A stretch of DNA of 64,000 nt from an uncultured bacterium (lineage in GTDB: Bacteria > Verrucomicrobiota > Verrucomicrobiia > Limisphaerales > UBA8199): NCBI GenBank assembly GCA_963749495.1, contig CAVVMW010000012.1, forward strand, positions 512,001-576,000, read 5' to 3'. Shown piece after piece: positions 1-10,912 of this stretch. The position numbers were made by a program, and so were the translations under genes. The stretch's first letter is position 1. Each line of letters starts with the position of its first letter. A model generated the notes under the pieces. It saw only the letters and a program-made list of their open reading frames with translations. It was not told where the DNA came from and did no database searches.

Positions 1-1
1 C

Positions 2-745
2 GCAAAAGTCACGCTGCAAGGCCGCGAATGGCAGGTGGGTCTCATCGAAAACGTCGCCGGCCAAACCCAACGCGGCAACGGAGTCGTGGAGATCGGCCCC
101 AGCAGGCTGGGCTCGGCTGAGGGCGGCTACCTGCTGTTGCGTCCTTGGGAATCGCGGAACCAGCCCTTCAATCTGCAAGACGGCTCGCTGGACGGCTTCA
201 GCTTCTGCCGCGACCTCTTCTTTGGCCGCCAGGCCTACCAGGTGGATTGGGCTTATGTCCAACAAGACGGCGCGCCCAGATTCGAGCTCGAATTCAAAGA
301 GTGCTTCACCGCGTTGGGAGAACTCAGGCTCACCGGCAAGTTCATCCAACGGCTTATCCTGACCGGCACGCCGAACCTGCCCGCCGCCGGACCGCTCACC
401 GTGGTGCTGGACAGGCCGGAACCCACGGTCAAAATCCCGCTGGGCAGCTTTAGCCGATGCCAGATCCAGCTTGAGGCGGGCGGCGCGCAGGCCTGCCGCT
501 CGGCGCAATTGGCCCCGGCAATAATCGTCGGTTCCAGCAACACAACCGTTCTCACCGCCGGCGGGCCGCTCACCAATACCGTGCATGTGGCCCCCGAGGG
601 CGGCTTCTTGTCGCTCAATTATCAACTGGTGGGAGCGGAAGGCGCGCCTTACCAGTTGCGGCGTCAGGACCGGAGCCAGCCCCCGGGCTGGGCGGTTTAT
701 CGGGAGGGCGAAGCCATCAACTCTGGCAGGTTCCAGTTCGGCTGA
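2..745 (+). CDS. Hypothetical protein, 5'-partial; probably continues through TGA 743-745 into the next ORF
   Basis: Frame +2 is open from the window start and ends ...SGRFQFG-TGA. The same frame stays open after the stop. Confidence 0.7.
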   Translation, partial: AKVTLQGREWQVGLIENVAGQTQRGNGVVEIGPSRLGSAEGGYLLLRPWESRNQPFNLQDGSLDGFSFCRDLFFGRQAYQVDWAYVQQDGAPRFELEFKECFTALGELRLTGKFIQRLILTGTPNLPAAGPLTVVLDRPEPTVKIPLGSFSRCQIQLEAGGAQACRSAQLAPAIIVGSSNTTVLTAGGPLTNTVHVAPEGGFLSLNYQLVGAEGAPYQLRRQDRSQPPGWAVYREGEAINSGRFQFG

Positions 746-1840
746 GGCAGCACTTGCAGGTACTCATGGCGAGTACCATCGACCGCTCCAGGCGTGCTCC
801 AAATCGTTGCTTCCGATGACCTGGGTGGCCTGGGGGCCAAGGAAGGCCCGCCTGTCACCTGTCAGCCGGGGAGTTGGATGTCTGGTTCGACCTCGACTAC
901 GGTGGGAGGGTCCGAAAACTCGCTGCCCGCTCTCCTGCCGGGGCTGGCGTTGCTGCTCCTCCTGGCGCTCAAGGCCAACCGCCGGCCTCAGGCCTGGTGG
1001 ATCGGCCTGCCGGTGATCTGCGGTCTTGGCCTGTGCGCGCTCTTGCGGGCCGCCCTGCTCTCCCTGCCCGCCCAGGTTCCGGCATCATTGGCCGCAGTGG
1101 TCCAACTCTCCGCCGCTGGCGCGGAGTTGCCGCCCTCCGAGCTGCTGAAAATCCTCGCCCAAAGCGTCCCCGCCTTGACCTTCGCAGTCGCGGGGGTGTG
1201 GTTGCTGTCAAATCATCTGCCTGCGAAGCACCGTTTCCTCACGTTCCTCGGGGTCCTATTCGTGCTGGGCGGTCTGAGCGTGCCGCTGGCCTGCCAACTT
1301 GATATGGACAAAGTGGCTGGTCTCTGGGTCCCCGGCGCCAACGGGGTTGCCGATCCCAGAATGCCGGCCTGCGCCAGGCTGACCGGGATCGGGGCCTTGG
1401 TTATTTCCGTGTCGCTGATGCTGGCAGGCTCGCTCTGCCGCCGGCGGCACCAGCCGTTGCGCCTGTCGCTCTGGCTGCTCGCGTGGCTATTGATCGTTTG
1501 GCTGGCTGTGGTTGTGCTCAGGACCGAGACAACGATTATGGGCGACAGCACACCGCCTTCGGCGCCTGGGGTTCTGGGCGGCGTGTTCGCCCTGGCGGGC
1601 CTCAACTTCGCGCTGCTGCTGCCGTTCCTGGCACTCTCCTTTGCCAGCGCGTTTTACCGCCCTCGGTTGCAGCGCCTGCTGGGCCTGCAAACCAGCGGTT
1701 TGGCTGGCCAGGAGCATCCAATCTCGATGCAAAAGAGCCCCTGGATCGCATTTGCGCTCCCAAAGAGACTGAGTGGAGCCTCTTCACAGGCGGCCGAATT
1801 CAGTCACTACGGCGTTGTCGCCGGCAGACCGGAGTGGTAA
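746..1840 (+). CDS. Multi-pass membrane protein; possibly the C-terminal part of a TGA-readthrough product (2..1840)
   Basis: Same frame as the upstream ORF and reads GSTCRYSWRVP... directly after the TGA. Several hydrophobic helices. The ORF-track start is GTG 794. Confidence 0.6.
   Translation, partial: GSTCRYSWRVPSTAPGVLQIVASDDLGGLGAKEGPPVTCQPGSWMSGSTSTTVGGSENSLPALLPGLALLLLLALKANRRPQAWWIGLPVICGLGLCALLRAALLSLPAQVPASLAAVVQLSAAGAELPPSELLKILAQSVPALTFAVAGVWLLSNHLPAKHRFLTFLGVLFVLGGLSVPLACQLDMDKVAGLWVPGANGVADPRMPACARLTGIGALVISVSLMLAGSLCRRRHQPLRLSLWLLAWLLIVWLAVVVLRTETTIMGDSTPPSAPGVLGGVFALAGLNFALLLPFLALSFASAFYRPRLQRLLGLQTSGLAGQEHPISMQKSPWIAFALPKRLSGASSQAAEFSHYGVVAGRPEW
759..777 (+). promoter_or_regulatory. 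Candidate bacterial SECIS-like hairpin
   Basis: Perfect 7-bp stem GGTACTC/GAGTACC with loop ATGGC; the loop starts about 20 nt after the in-frame TGA. Confidence 0.45.
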
Positions 1841-1849
1841 TCTGGGCCC

Positions 1850-2119
1850 GTGAAAATCGATTACACTGTCCAGGTTTGGCGGGAGGGAAACCAATATATC
1901 GCTCACGCGATGCCGTTGGACGTGGCCAGCTCCGGGCAGACGCCGGAAGCCGCGCGCCAGGCTGTGGACGAGGCGGTGCGGCTGTTCCTGGCCACCGCAG
2001 CAGAGCACGGCAGCCTGGAAGAGGTCCTGGAGGATGCGGGCTATCGCCGCGAGGATGGCTTCTGGCGTGGGCCGGAGTGGTTTGGGATCGAGCAGCGCAG
2101 TTGCCCTGCGGCAACGTGA
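1850..2119 (+). CDS. hicB: HicB-family antitoxin
   Basis: YTVQVWREGNQYIAHAMPLDVASSGQTPEAARQAVDEAVRLFL matches the HicB/UPF0150 pattern; adjacent to HicA. Confidence 0.85.
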   Translation: MKIDYTVQVWREGNQYIAHAMPLDVASSGQTPEAARQAVDEAVRLFLATAAEHGSLEEVLEDAGYRREDGFWRGPEWFGIEQRSCPAAT

Positions 2120-2126
2120 CGGCCCC

Positions 2127-2357
2127 ATGCCCCGGTTCACTCCTCAAGATTGGCGCACACTGGAAACCGTCTTCCTCGCCGCCGGTTTCCATTTTGTTCG
2201 CCAGGAAGGCAGCCATCGCACTTATGTCAAGCCGGGCGTAGCACGGCCCGTGGTCATCCCGGTCTACAAAGAAGTCCCAGTATTCGTCATCCGCAATAAT
2301 CTCAAGACGGCCGGACTTTCTCGTGATGAATACTTCGCGCTGTTGGCTGCAGTGTGA
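2127..2357 (+). CDS. hicA: HicA-family mRNA interferase toxin
   Basis: GFHFVRQEGSHRTYVKPG...VVIP carries the HicA GSH motif; ATG at 2127. Confidence 0.88.
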   Translation: MPRFTPQDWRTLETVFLAAGFHFVRQEGSHRTYVKPGVARPVVIPVYKEVPVFVIRNNLKTAGLSRDEYFALLAAV

Positions 2358-2692
2358 ACCAGTCCGCTTGGTCATGGGTGGATGGTGGATGGATCAACCC
2401 ACAGCGTGGCTGGCCCCCTCGCCCAACCACACCAAGCTATGGCTGACCCCATAATCCGGCCGAGCACCGGCTCCGCCGCCGCGCAGCTTTCAGCCGGTGA
2501 GGTGGCCCCCAGGCCCGCCCACCCGCCAGTACCCCCGTTCCACGCCGAAACCGGCAAGAAACCCGCAGAATGTGCCCTTGACTGTCCGGTCCTCCCCTGG
2601 TAACAACCGGCCATAATGAGTGAGACCGAAAACCAATTCTCCCTCACCCGCGCAGCCTCAAAACCGCGGTCGCGGCAAAAGAGCAAATTCCT

Positions 2693-3295
2693 ATGAATAT
2701 TTCAGCATTTTTGCTGTGGCTTAAGGCCATGGCCGGGCTGATGTTGGCTCGCACTGCTGGCATGGCGATGTTCCTCTTGGCGGTGTTGTTCCTGGTCACG
2801 TGCTTCGCGACTCCCTGGCAGGCCGTTGGTCCGGCCGAGGAAAATGCGGTCCAAGAAATTCGTATTTCCAAGCTGGAGGTCCGGGAGTTTCAGGGGTACT
2901 TTCCGCAATATATCGCGATTACAAATCAGGAGACAGTTCTTCCTACCGGCCTTGCTCGTTCCTTCTCAGAATACCGCACTCGGCACTTCGAGGTGAGCTC
3001 TAACGAGGGGGAGAACCCACCGTACGAGCAACGACGGGCGAGGATTTTCGTCTTTCAAGGACCGAAGGCAGAATGTCGATTAGATGTCGTAGGATTCAAG
3101 AACATCGACGTGCGCTGGATAACCGAAGACATTCTGATCATTGAGACTTGGCCTGGACGAGTCGTTCGGTTGATCACGTTGATCAATGTTGAAACCGGAT
3201 CCACTATCTATCGGTCAGCAGCCCATTGCATACCTAGAGCCTGTCCCAATAGAGGAAGGCCTTGCGGAGCGGGGCTGGGATCGATGCGGGCCTGA
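2693..3295 (+). CDS. Hypothetical exported protein; its original C-terminus is displaced by the IS insertion
   Basis: Hydrophobic N-terminal segment. The IS left end begins at 3237; removing the IS restores ...HCIPTYTTVVARL-stop (5283-5311). Confidence 0.6.
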   Translation: MNISAFLLWLKAMAGLMLARTAGMAMFLLAVLFLVTCFATPWQAVGPAEENAVQEIRISKLEVREFQGYFPQYIAITNQETVLPTGLARSFSEYRTRHFEVSSNEGENPPYEQRRARIFVFQGPKAECRLDVVGFKNIDVRWITEDILIIETWPGRVVRLITLINVETGSTIYRSAAHCIPRACPNRGRPCGAGLGSMRA

Positions 3296-3338
3296 TTTAA
3301 ACCCGCAGGAATCGGCACGGCGACACTGAAAAGGCCCG

Positions 3339-3557
3339 CTATAATGGCTTTGTCGAGGCCCGCCGGCGGGTGGTGGGCGCGGGCCCGTTGGGCCGAACCA
3401 AATGGAGTTCGCCACGGTCCAGCAGTTCCCATTGGACGCGTTCACCGCCTTCCAGACCAATCGCCGCGGCTAGGGCCAATGGAAAGCTGACATAAAATCG
3501 GGGCTGTTTTCCCTTGGAACGCATCTCCTGGATTTTCAATGGATAGGTCGCTTGCAT
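3339..3557 (-). CDS. AbrB/MazE-like swapped-hairpin small protein inside the IS
   Basis: MQATYPLKIQEMRSKGKQPRFYVSFPLALAAAIGLEGGERVQWELLDRGELHLVR fits the AbrB-type pattern; divergent from the transposase. Confidence 0.65.
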   Translation of the reverse strand: MQATYPLKIQEMRSKGKQPRFYVSFPLALAAAIGLEGGERVQWELLDRGELHLVRPNGPAPTTRRRASTKPL

Positions 3558-3608
3558 TTTTTGCAAAATAGTTCTTGCCTTTTGTGGGCTAGAGTATAAT
3601 CTAGCCTC

Positions 3609-5102
3609 ATGCCGGCTGCCAATATCATTCCGTTCGAACTGCCACTGCCCCAAATCCTGCCCACCATCGAGGGCAATGTCAATTACCGCGACTTGCGCGA
3701 CCAACTCCTGCGCATCGACGGCCTGCTGGTGCAGAGCCCCTTGGAAACGCAGATGCTCGAGGCGGACCTCCAACGCTGGCTGGCCGGCCAAAAGCGCGTC
3801 AGCGCCAAGGCCCAACAAAAGCACCAGTTCCACGCCCGGCGCGCCCTGCGCTGCAATACCGCCCGGCTCCTCCTCAAAGAGCACTACCGCCGCTTTGCCG
3901 CCCGCCTCGCCGACAGTCCTCTCTTGCAGTACTTCTGCGGCATCAGCGAGGTCAACCGCGTGGTCGTGCCCAGCAAAAGCACCCTCCAACGCTACTTCAC
4001 CTGGTGGCCGGAAGCCGAGGTGCGGGAGTTGATCCACAAGCTCCTGGTCCAGGGTGCCCAGGCGCCGGAGCGACTGGACTTGGCCCAGCCGCTGGATTTG
4101 GAAAGCGCCTATCTGGACTCCACCTGCCTGTGCGCCCACATCCATTACCCCGTGGACTGGGTGCTGCTGCGCGATGCCACCCGCACCTTGATGGGCTCGG
4201 TCCGGCTCATCCGCAACCAGGGGCTCAAGCACCGCATGGAGGAGCCGGAGAGCTTCATCAGCCGCATCAATGGGCTGTGCATTAAAATGACCCATGCCTG
4301 GCGCCGGCAGGATCAAGTGCAGAGCCGACGCCTACGCAAACAAACCCTCCGGCAAATGGACCGCCTGGTCGGCACGGTCCGCCATCACGCCCGCCGCTAC
4401 CGGGAGTTGCTCGACACGCACTGGGAGCAAACCCAGTGGACTCGCCCCCAAGCTGAGCAGGTGCTCGGGCGCATGGACCAGGTCCTGGAGCAATTGCCCA
4501 AGGCCCGCCAACAGGCCCGCCAGCGCATCTTGAAGGGCCAACTCGTGCCCAATGAAGAAAAGATCCTCAGCCTCTATGAAGCGGACGTCCACGTCGTTGT
4601 GCGCAAAAAAGCCGGGGCCGAAGTGGAGTTCGGCAACACCCTCTTTCTAGCCGAGAATCCCCAAGGCTTGATCCTGGATTGGGAGTTGTTCCGCGAGAGT
4701 GCTCCGGCCGACGCCGCCCTGTTGCCGCGCACAGTGGGACGCATGCAAGAAGCCTATGCGCCAGGCCCCAAGGCGCTGGGGGGTGACCGGGGGTTCGATA
4801 GCGAACTCAACCGCTTCGGTTTGAACGAAGAAAAGATCTTCAACGCGATCTGTCCCCGTTCACCCGGGCAGCTCCGACAGCGGAACCGTTCCTGGAAATT
4901 CAAGCGCATGCAGCGGCGCCGGGCGCAAACCGAAGGCCGCATCGGCATTGTGAAGAATGTCTTCCTGGGTGGGCGGATGCGCTGCAAAGGCTTTGAACAC
5001 CGGGAGTTGACCGTGACCTGGACGGTGTTGGTGCACAACCTGTGGGTGCTAGCGCGGCTGCCGCGATTGGAGAAAGCCGAAGCTGCCCGCCGGGCGGCCT
5101 GA
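3609..5102 (+). CDS. DDE transposase (IS5-like)
   Basis: LDSTC..IHYPVD, VEFG, DRGF and RAQTEGRIG..K motifs; lies between the inverted repeats. Confidence 0.9.
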   Translation: MPAANIIPFELPLPQILPTIEGNVNYRDLRDQLLRIDGLLVQSPLETQMLEADLQRWLAGQKRVSAKAQQKHQFHARRALRCNTARLLLKEHYRRFAARLADSPLLQYFCGISEVNRVVVPSKSTLQRYFTWWPEAEVRELIHKLLVQGAQAPERLDLAQPLDLESAYLDSTCLCAHIHYPVDWVLLRDATRTLMGSVRLIRNQGLKHRMEEPESFISRINGLCIKMTHAWRRQDQVQSRRLRKQTLRQMDRLVGTVRHHARRYRELLDTHWEQTQWTRPQAEQVLGRMDQVLEQLPKARQQARQRILKGQLVPNEEKILSLYEADVHVVVRKKAGAEVEFGNTLFLAENPQGLILDWELFRESAPADAALLPRTVGRMQEAYAPGPKALGGDRGFDSELNRFGLNEEKIFNAICPRSPGQLRQRNRSWKFKRMQRRRAQTEGRIGIVKNVFLGGRMRCKGFEHRELTVTWTVLVHNLWVLARLPRLEKAEAARRAA

Positions 5103-5466
5103 GGGCCGCCCGGCCGATTTTCCAAACACAAGACCGGGGACGTGGTGTGTACCGGCGCGACCGGTTTTGCGCAAATACGGAGGGAAGAGATGATCCCAGT
5201 CCACTTTGTTTGATGGTGGCGCCGTCATGGATCAGCGAATGTAATGGCACTGCCAAAACTCGCCCTTTTGGGACAGGCTCTACCTATACCACGGTAGTTG
5301 CACGTTTGTGATTCACCCGCGAAGCGTCAACAACCCGCGGCGCGGCAAAAGAACCAAATGCTTGATCCGAGCAGCATTTTGCTGCTCGCGGGGGCGCCCA
5401 TCGGCGCGCGTGCCATTGAGCCCCCATGGAGCTTGACCGGGTTGCCTGGGAGCCTACGCTTGTTCC

Positions 5467-5679
5467 ATGAACGCTGTTGAATTCACGGCGGAGCTAAGCG
5501 GCGCCGCGGTACTGCCAATCCCCCGGGAAATCGCCGCGCAATTGCCAAAATCGGGCAAGGCCCGCGTGATCGTTCTGACCGACCAAGACACCGACGAGGC
5601 GGAATGGCGTGCCGGGGCTTACGAGCAGTTCCTGCGGGACGATTCGGCCGAGGACGCCATATACGAGTCGTTGCGCTGA
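5467..5679 (+). CDS. Small putative antitoxin
   Basis: 70 aa with an acidic C-terminus (DDSAEDAIYESL), directly upstream of a MazF-like start. Confidence 0.5.
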   Translation: MNAVEFTAELSGAAVLPIPREIAAQLPKSGKARVIVLTDQDTDEAEWRAGAYEQFLRDDSAEDAIYESLR

Positions 5680-5680
5680 G

Positions 5681-5713
5681 ATGTTCGGCGACGTTTTCAT
5701 CTGCCAGTTCCCG
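5681..5713 (+). pseudogene. N-terminal stub of a PemK/MazF-like toxin
   Basis: MFGDVFICQFP resembles the MazF GDxxxxxFP start; the similarity stops after 11 codons. Confidence 0.45.
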
Positions 5714-5925
5714 ATCGGTCACGCCCGGTTTCACCCGGCCGGCAGGGATGAACCTCCAATCTCCCTGCCGGATCGCCAGACCGTTTGCGTATTCGATGAG
5801 GTGTGCGCGGCCGGTCCGGGAGCCGGTACCTGGTACCAAGCCGACTGCTCGTTTTGCCCCGGAGCGGTGCAAATTACTTGTGGACGGTGCCGGCCGGGTT
5901 TATGAGAATGCCAGCCTATCTGCTT

Positions 5926-7239
5926 ATGAAACGAAGAACTTTTTTACGAACCACCACCGCGGCAATCCTCGGGTTCCAGGTCGTGCCCCGTCACGTGCTG
6001 GGCCAGGGCCAGACGCCGCCGAGCAACAAGCTGAATATCGCCGGGGTCGGCGTCGGCGGCCAGGGCGCGGGCGATCTGGCCGAGATGAAGGGCGAGAACA
6101 TCGTGGCGCTTTGCGACGTGGACTGGGCCAGGGCGGCCGGCACCTTCAACGCGTTCCCCAAGGCGGAACGATTCAAAGATTTTCGCGTGATGCTCGAGCA
6201 GCGGAAGGACATTGAGGCGGTGCTGGTCGCCACGCCGGATCACATGCACGCCCCGGTTACCCTGGCGGCGCTTCGGGCAGGCAAGCACGTTTATGTGGAA
6301 AAACCCATGGCGCACACCATCGAAGAGGCGCGGGTGATGGCTCGCGTGGCGGCCGAGACCGGCCTGGTCACGCAGATGGGCAATCAAGGCCACGCCGGCG
6401 AGGGTCTGCGCCAGATCCGGGAGTGGATTCAAGCCGGGGTCATCGGCACCGTTCGCGAAGTCCACGGTTGGACGGACCGGCCAGTCAACTGGTGGAAACA
6501 GCCGGCGACGCGGCCGACGGAGAGCGTGCCGGTGCCGGCCACGCTGGACTGGGACCTCTGGCTGGGCAGCGCCCCGGCGCGGCCCTATAGCCCGGCCTAT
6601 TGCCCGGTCGGGTGGCGAGCCTGGTTTGATTTCGGCAACGGCGCCCCGGGCGACATGGCGGTACACAACCTCGACCCGGCGTTCTACGCCCTGGACCTCG
6701 ACGCCCCGGTGGCGGTCGAGGCCCAGACCTCGGCCCTGGGCGATGAGACCTATCCGGCCTGGCAGATCATCACTTCCCGGTTCGCCGCGCGCGGCGCGCG
6801 CCCGGCGGTGAAAATGACTTGGTACGACGGTGGCAAACTCCCGCCCCGGCCGCCGGAAATGGACGCCGATCAGAACCTTCCCGATAATGGAATCCTCTTC
6901 TTGGGCACCGAGGGGACGATGCTCTGCGGGGGTTGGTCCGGCCCGCCGCGGCTGCTGCCGCTGAGCCGGCACAACGCGCTGAAAGCTCCCCCCAAGACGA
7001 TCCCCCGCTCGATCGGCCATCGCGCCGAGTGGATACAGGCCTGCAAAGACCGGAAGCCGGCGGATGCCAAAGCCGGATTCGCGTACTCGGGGCCGTTCAC
7101 CGAGGCGCTGCTGGTGGGCATCCTGGCGGTGCGGCTGCAGCAGCCCATCGAGTGGGACGCGAAAGACATGCGGGCCCGCAACGCGCCGCAAGCCGCACCG
7201 CTCATTCGCAAGCACTACCGCCCGGGCTTCGGTATTTGA
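5926..7239 (+). CDS. Gfo/Idh/MocA oxidoreductase with Tat signal
   Basis: KRRTFL twin-arginine signal, GVGGQG, ATPDHMH, EKPM, DWDLWLG. Confidence 0.93.
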   Translation: MKRRTFLRTTTAAILGFQVVPRHVLGQGQTPPSNKLNIAGVGVGGQGAGDLAEMKGENIVALCDVDWARAAGTFNAFPKAERFKDFRVMLEQRKDIEAVLVATPDHMHAPVTLAALRAGKHVYVEKPMAHTIEEARVMARVAAETGLVTQMGNQGHAGEGLRQIREWIQAGVIGTVREVHGWTDRPVNWWKQPATRPTESVPVPATLDWDLWLGSAPARPYSPAYCPVGWRAWFDFGNGAPGDMAVHNLDPAFYALDLDAPVAVEAQTSALGDETYPAWQIITSRFAARGARPAVKMTWYDGGKLPPRPPEMDADQNLPDNGILFLGTEGTMLCGGWSGPPRLLPLSRHNALKAPPKTIPRSIGHRAEWIQACKDRKPADAKAGFAYSGPFTEALLVGILAVRLQQPIEWDAKDMRARNAPQAAPLIRKHYRPGFGI

Positions 7240-7700
7240 GGCCGCGCTCGCGCCAGGGCACCCCAACACGGGCCGCGGGAAGATCGCCCAGACGCCCGCA
7301 CATCTGAACGCGCATTAGCGGCGGCACCGATGCCCGTTACGACCCGAACCGACAGGAAAAGGGGACATGGCAGATCATGCGGCCCACGCAGTGAGCCTTC
7401 TTTGGCCAGCCTTAGACCTCCCGCTTCCAAGCGGTCAGGGCAGGATGAATTCCTGCACCCGGGCGCATCCCGGCACTGCCCCCACCGCCGGGGGGGCCGG
7501 ACCGGAGTGCGCCCGTCTCCGGGCGCAGCAACGTCCGGAGCCAGGGCAGCGGTCAAACACTCCAACACGCCTGCCCACTCCCTCGCTGCTGTGCCCGGGG
7601 ACGGGCGCACGCCAGGGGCAGTGTCAGGATGCGCCCTCTGCACCCTACGCGTGGGAATTGTGCTTGCACCAATTCGGGCCTGCTGGCATTCGTTTGGAAC

Positions 7701-10700
7701 ATGCTGGCCCGGATCCAATCTCTGACCGCCTCGTCTGCAACCGCCCTTGCTTTGGCGGCCGCCTGCCTGCCTTTCGCCGCATGGCCCGCCGAAGATCTGG
7801 CGCCCAAGACGTCCATACCCGCGTGCGCCGCGATGTTTCCCGGACCTATGCTCTCGCCCGAACCCGCCCTGGCCAGGCAAATGGCCGCCTTGCTCCACAA
7901 GGCCGGCTATGAGCACGAGTCCATCAGCCTGGAGGTCCTTACCAACCCGGCGCGCCTGACGGTCCAGCGTTATGAACTGCTCGTGCTTCCCGATGCGCGG
8001 TCTCTGCCATCGGCCAGCGTGCCGGCGATCGAGAACTACCTCAAGGCCGGAGGCGGCCTGCTGGCTCTGCGCGCCCCGGCCTGGGAATCGCCGCTGCTCA
8101 AGGTCCAGGGCAACTGGATCCCAAAGGAAACGTACCAGAAACGCCTCTCGGGCGAAAAGCCGCAGCACCTGGTCGAGACCTTCGCCGATGCCGATCTTCC
8201 CGGCTGGTGGCGTTCGAGTAATGACATGCAGACGAAGTCCGGCTACCGCGTCGCGCAGGACGGCCCGGGAACGGCGCTGCACGTGACAGTGCCGCAGTTG
8301 ACGAGCTGGGACACGTTCATATCGCCCCGCTTGCAGCATCCCTTTCCCACCCATCATGCGCTGACCTGCTTTCGGGCCAAAGGCGGCCCATACACGCGGC
8401 AACTGGCCCTTGAATGGGATGAACAAGACGGCTCACGCTGGATTGCGGTCGTCCATCTCTCGCCGGAGTGGAAGCAGTACGCCTTGCCGCCCCAGGCCTT
8501 CAAGCCCTGGGAATCGCCGGGCCGCGGCAGGCCGGGAGATGGATTCAATCCCTCCAAAGCGGAACGCTTTTCGGTGGGATTGGCCTTGTCCCACACCGCC
8601 CTCCAGGGCCAGGAACACGAGTACCTGGTTCGCCGAGCTGGGCACGGCGCCCAATCCGTTCGGCAAGGAGGAATTCCTGCCGGTCCCGCGCCTGGAATCG
8701 CTTTCGCCCGGCTACCAGTTCTTCGAAATCACTACACCGGTGAGGGTCCGTGCCGATCACCAGAAAGAGCCGCTCGAGCAGTGGGAACGGAATCGAGACG
8801 GGAGCGTTTTGTTGAATCAGGATGCGACATCGCCGCCCGGAGCCGCCCCGACCACCCGCGCCCCCCTCCTGGGCCTCCATCCCCGACCGCGCGCCATCGG
8901 CTTCAACCAGGACCGGCCGTTTCGGTGGGAACCCCTGCTGGGGGCTTATGATAGCGTCTCGGGTGACTACCGCGGCGCGGTGGCCGCGCTGGTCGTCCAT
9001 GTCGCGCCTCCATTCCGGTCCGGCGTCTGGGCGGTCTTCACGCCCGCCGACCAGTCCTTTTACCTGCAGCCGCTTGTGACGAACTGCCTCTGGCAGGTGT
9101 TGTCCAGGATGCGCCGGGGCATCTTCCTGGCCGAAGGAGGCAGCGAACATTTCACGCTTTTTGAGGGCCAACGGTTCCGGGCCGGCGCGGAAGTGGTGAA
9201 CTTTGGCCAAACCACGGCCACCAACATCACGCTTGCGGTGCAACTGGCAGACTGGAGCGGGCGCCCGCGACGAACGGTCCTGGAACGAACGTTCGCGCTT
9301 GCCCCTGGGCAAACCGCGCGTTGCGACCAGGAGGCGCTCGACATTCAACCGGGAGAAGAGGTCGTCTCGGCGGTATTGAGCGCCAACGGCCGCCCCCTGG
9401 ACGCGCTCGCTCACGAACTGGGCGTCTGGAAAGCAAAGTCCAAGCCCGAATTCATCCGCGCCGCCAAGGGCGGCCTGTGGCTTGGCGGAGAGCCCTGGAA
9501 AGCCCATGGCGTCAATTACATGCCCTCCACCGGCATCGGTGTGGCCAACCTCCATTTCTTTGAACACTGGCTTGGACGCGGGGCGTACGATCCCGCGGTG
9601 GTGGACCGCGATCTAAAACGGGTCAAGGCTATGAACCTCAATGCCGTGAGCATCTTCATCGATCACGAGTCGCTTGGGGCCCAGAACCTGCTCGATTTCC
9701 TCCGCCGCTGCGAAACCCTCGGGTTGCGAGTCAATCAATCCCTGCGGCCCGGCACACCGATGGACTTCCATTGGAAGGAAATGCGGGCGCTCATCGAGTT
9801 CTACCGCATGGCCCAACATGACGTCATTTTCGCCTATGACCTGGCGTGGGAACCCAGTCACGGCGATCATAACCAACAGGAGCGCGCGTACTCGGGTTTG
9901 TGGCACGACTGGGTGCTCGCCCGCTACGGCAGCGTTGCCGCTGCCGAGCGGGCCTGGACCGTGCCCGCCCCGCGAAACCCTGCCAATCGCTTGAGCGTTC
10001 CGCCCATGGCGGATCTGGTCAACGACGGCCCGTGGCGGAAAATGGTTGCCGATTACAGGCTGTTCCTGGACGAGCAACTCCACGAGCACTACGCCGAGGC
10101 GCGACGGTTGGTGACCGCCCTCGATCCGCATCACGCGGTCAGCTTCCGCATGGCGCACGCCGGCGACCCTACCTGCCTCTTGGAAGGACTGCTCCCTTAT
10201 GATTTCTACAGCCTGGTTCGGGCCGTCGATGTGTGGGAACCCGAGGCCTACGGCCGAATCGGGGACTGGGAACGCGTGAAGGCCGGCGAGTTCACAGCCG
10301 CTTACGCCCGGCTTTGTGACCCGGACAAACCGCTCATCTGGGCGGAGATGGGTTACAGCGCGTGGGACATGAACCAAATGGCGCCCGACCCGGAAAAGCT
10401 GACGTTCCAAGCGGCGTTTTACTCGGATTTCTATCGCATGTTGTCCGAATCCGGCGCGGATGGTGTCTTCTTCTGGTGGTATCCGGGGGGCTTCCGGCTG
10501 AATGAAAACAGTGATTTCGGCATCATCAACCCCGACGGCACGGACCGGCCCGTGACGCGCGTGATACGAGGCCTGGGCGCCGAGTTCCTCAAAGCGCCGA
10601 AGCCGCCGAACCCGGATTACTGGATGAGCGTCTCTCGCGACCGGGATGCCCGGGGACTCTGTGGCATGTATGCGGCGGTCGGAGAGGAGTTCTGGGCCGC

Positions 10701-10770
10701 CCAGGCCCGCGGCCGCCGGCCCGCGCTAAAATGGGAGCACCCGCCCGAGGCGCCGGGGCGCTCTCCGTGA
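7701..10770 (+). pseudogene. Large secreted glycoside hydrolase-like protein (GH-A clan TIM barrel plus CBM-like domain), frameshifted
   Basis: Two overlapping ORFs; one extra C at about 8624-8625 (QEHEY|WFAELG). GVNY, DLAWEP, WAEMG and FWWYPGG motifs. Confidence 0.65.
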
Positions 10771-10912
10771 GCGCGCCGCTGCCTCCAAGCTCCGTTAGGA
10801 GGGCCATGTCAAAGCGCGCGTGCAAAAGTAATATCACAATGGTGATCGAGACATTCTTGCTCCCACACGCCGCAGACGCATTGTCCAAGCTGTCTGCTCG
10901 GCCTGAATCTCT

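Larger units (their letters stand above)
3237..5280 (+). mobile_element. Complete insertion sequence, IS5-like DDE family
   Basis: Terminal inverted repeats GAGCCTGTCCCAA (3237) and TTGGGACAGGCTC (5280), flanked by a TA direct repeat (3235-36 and 5281-82). Confidence 0.9.
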
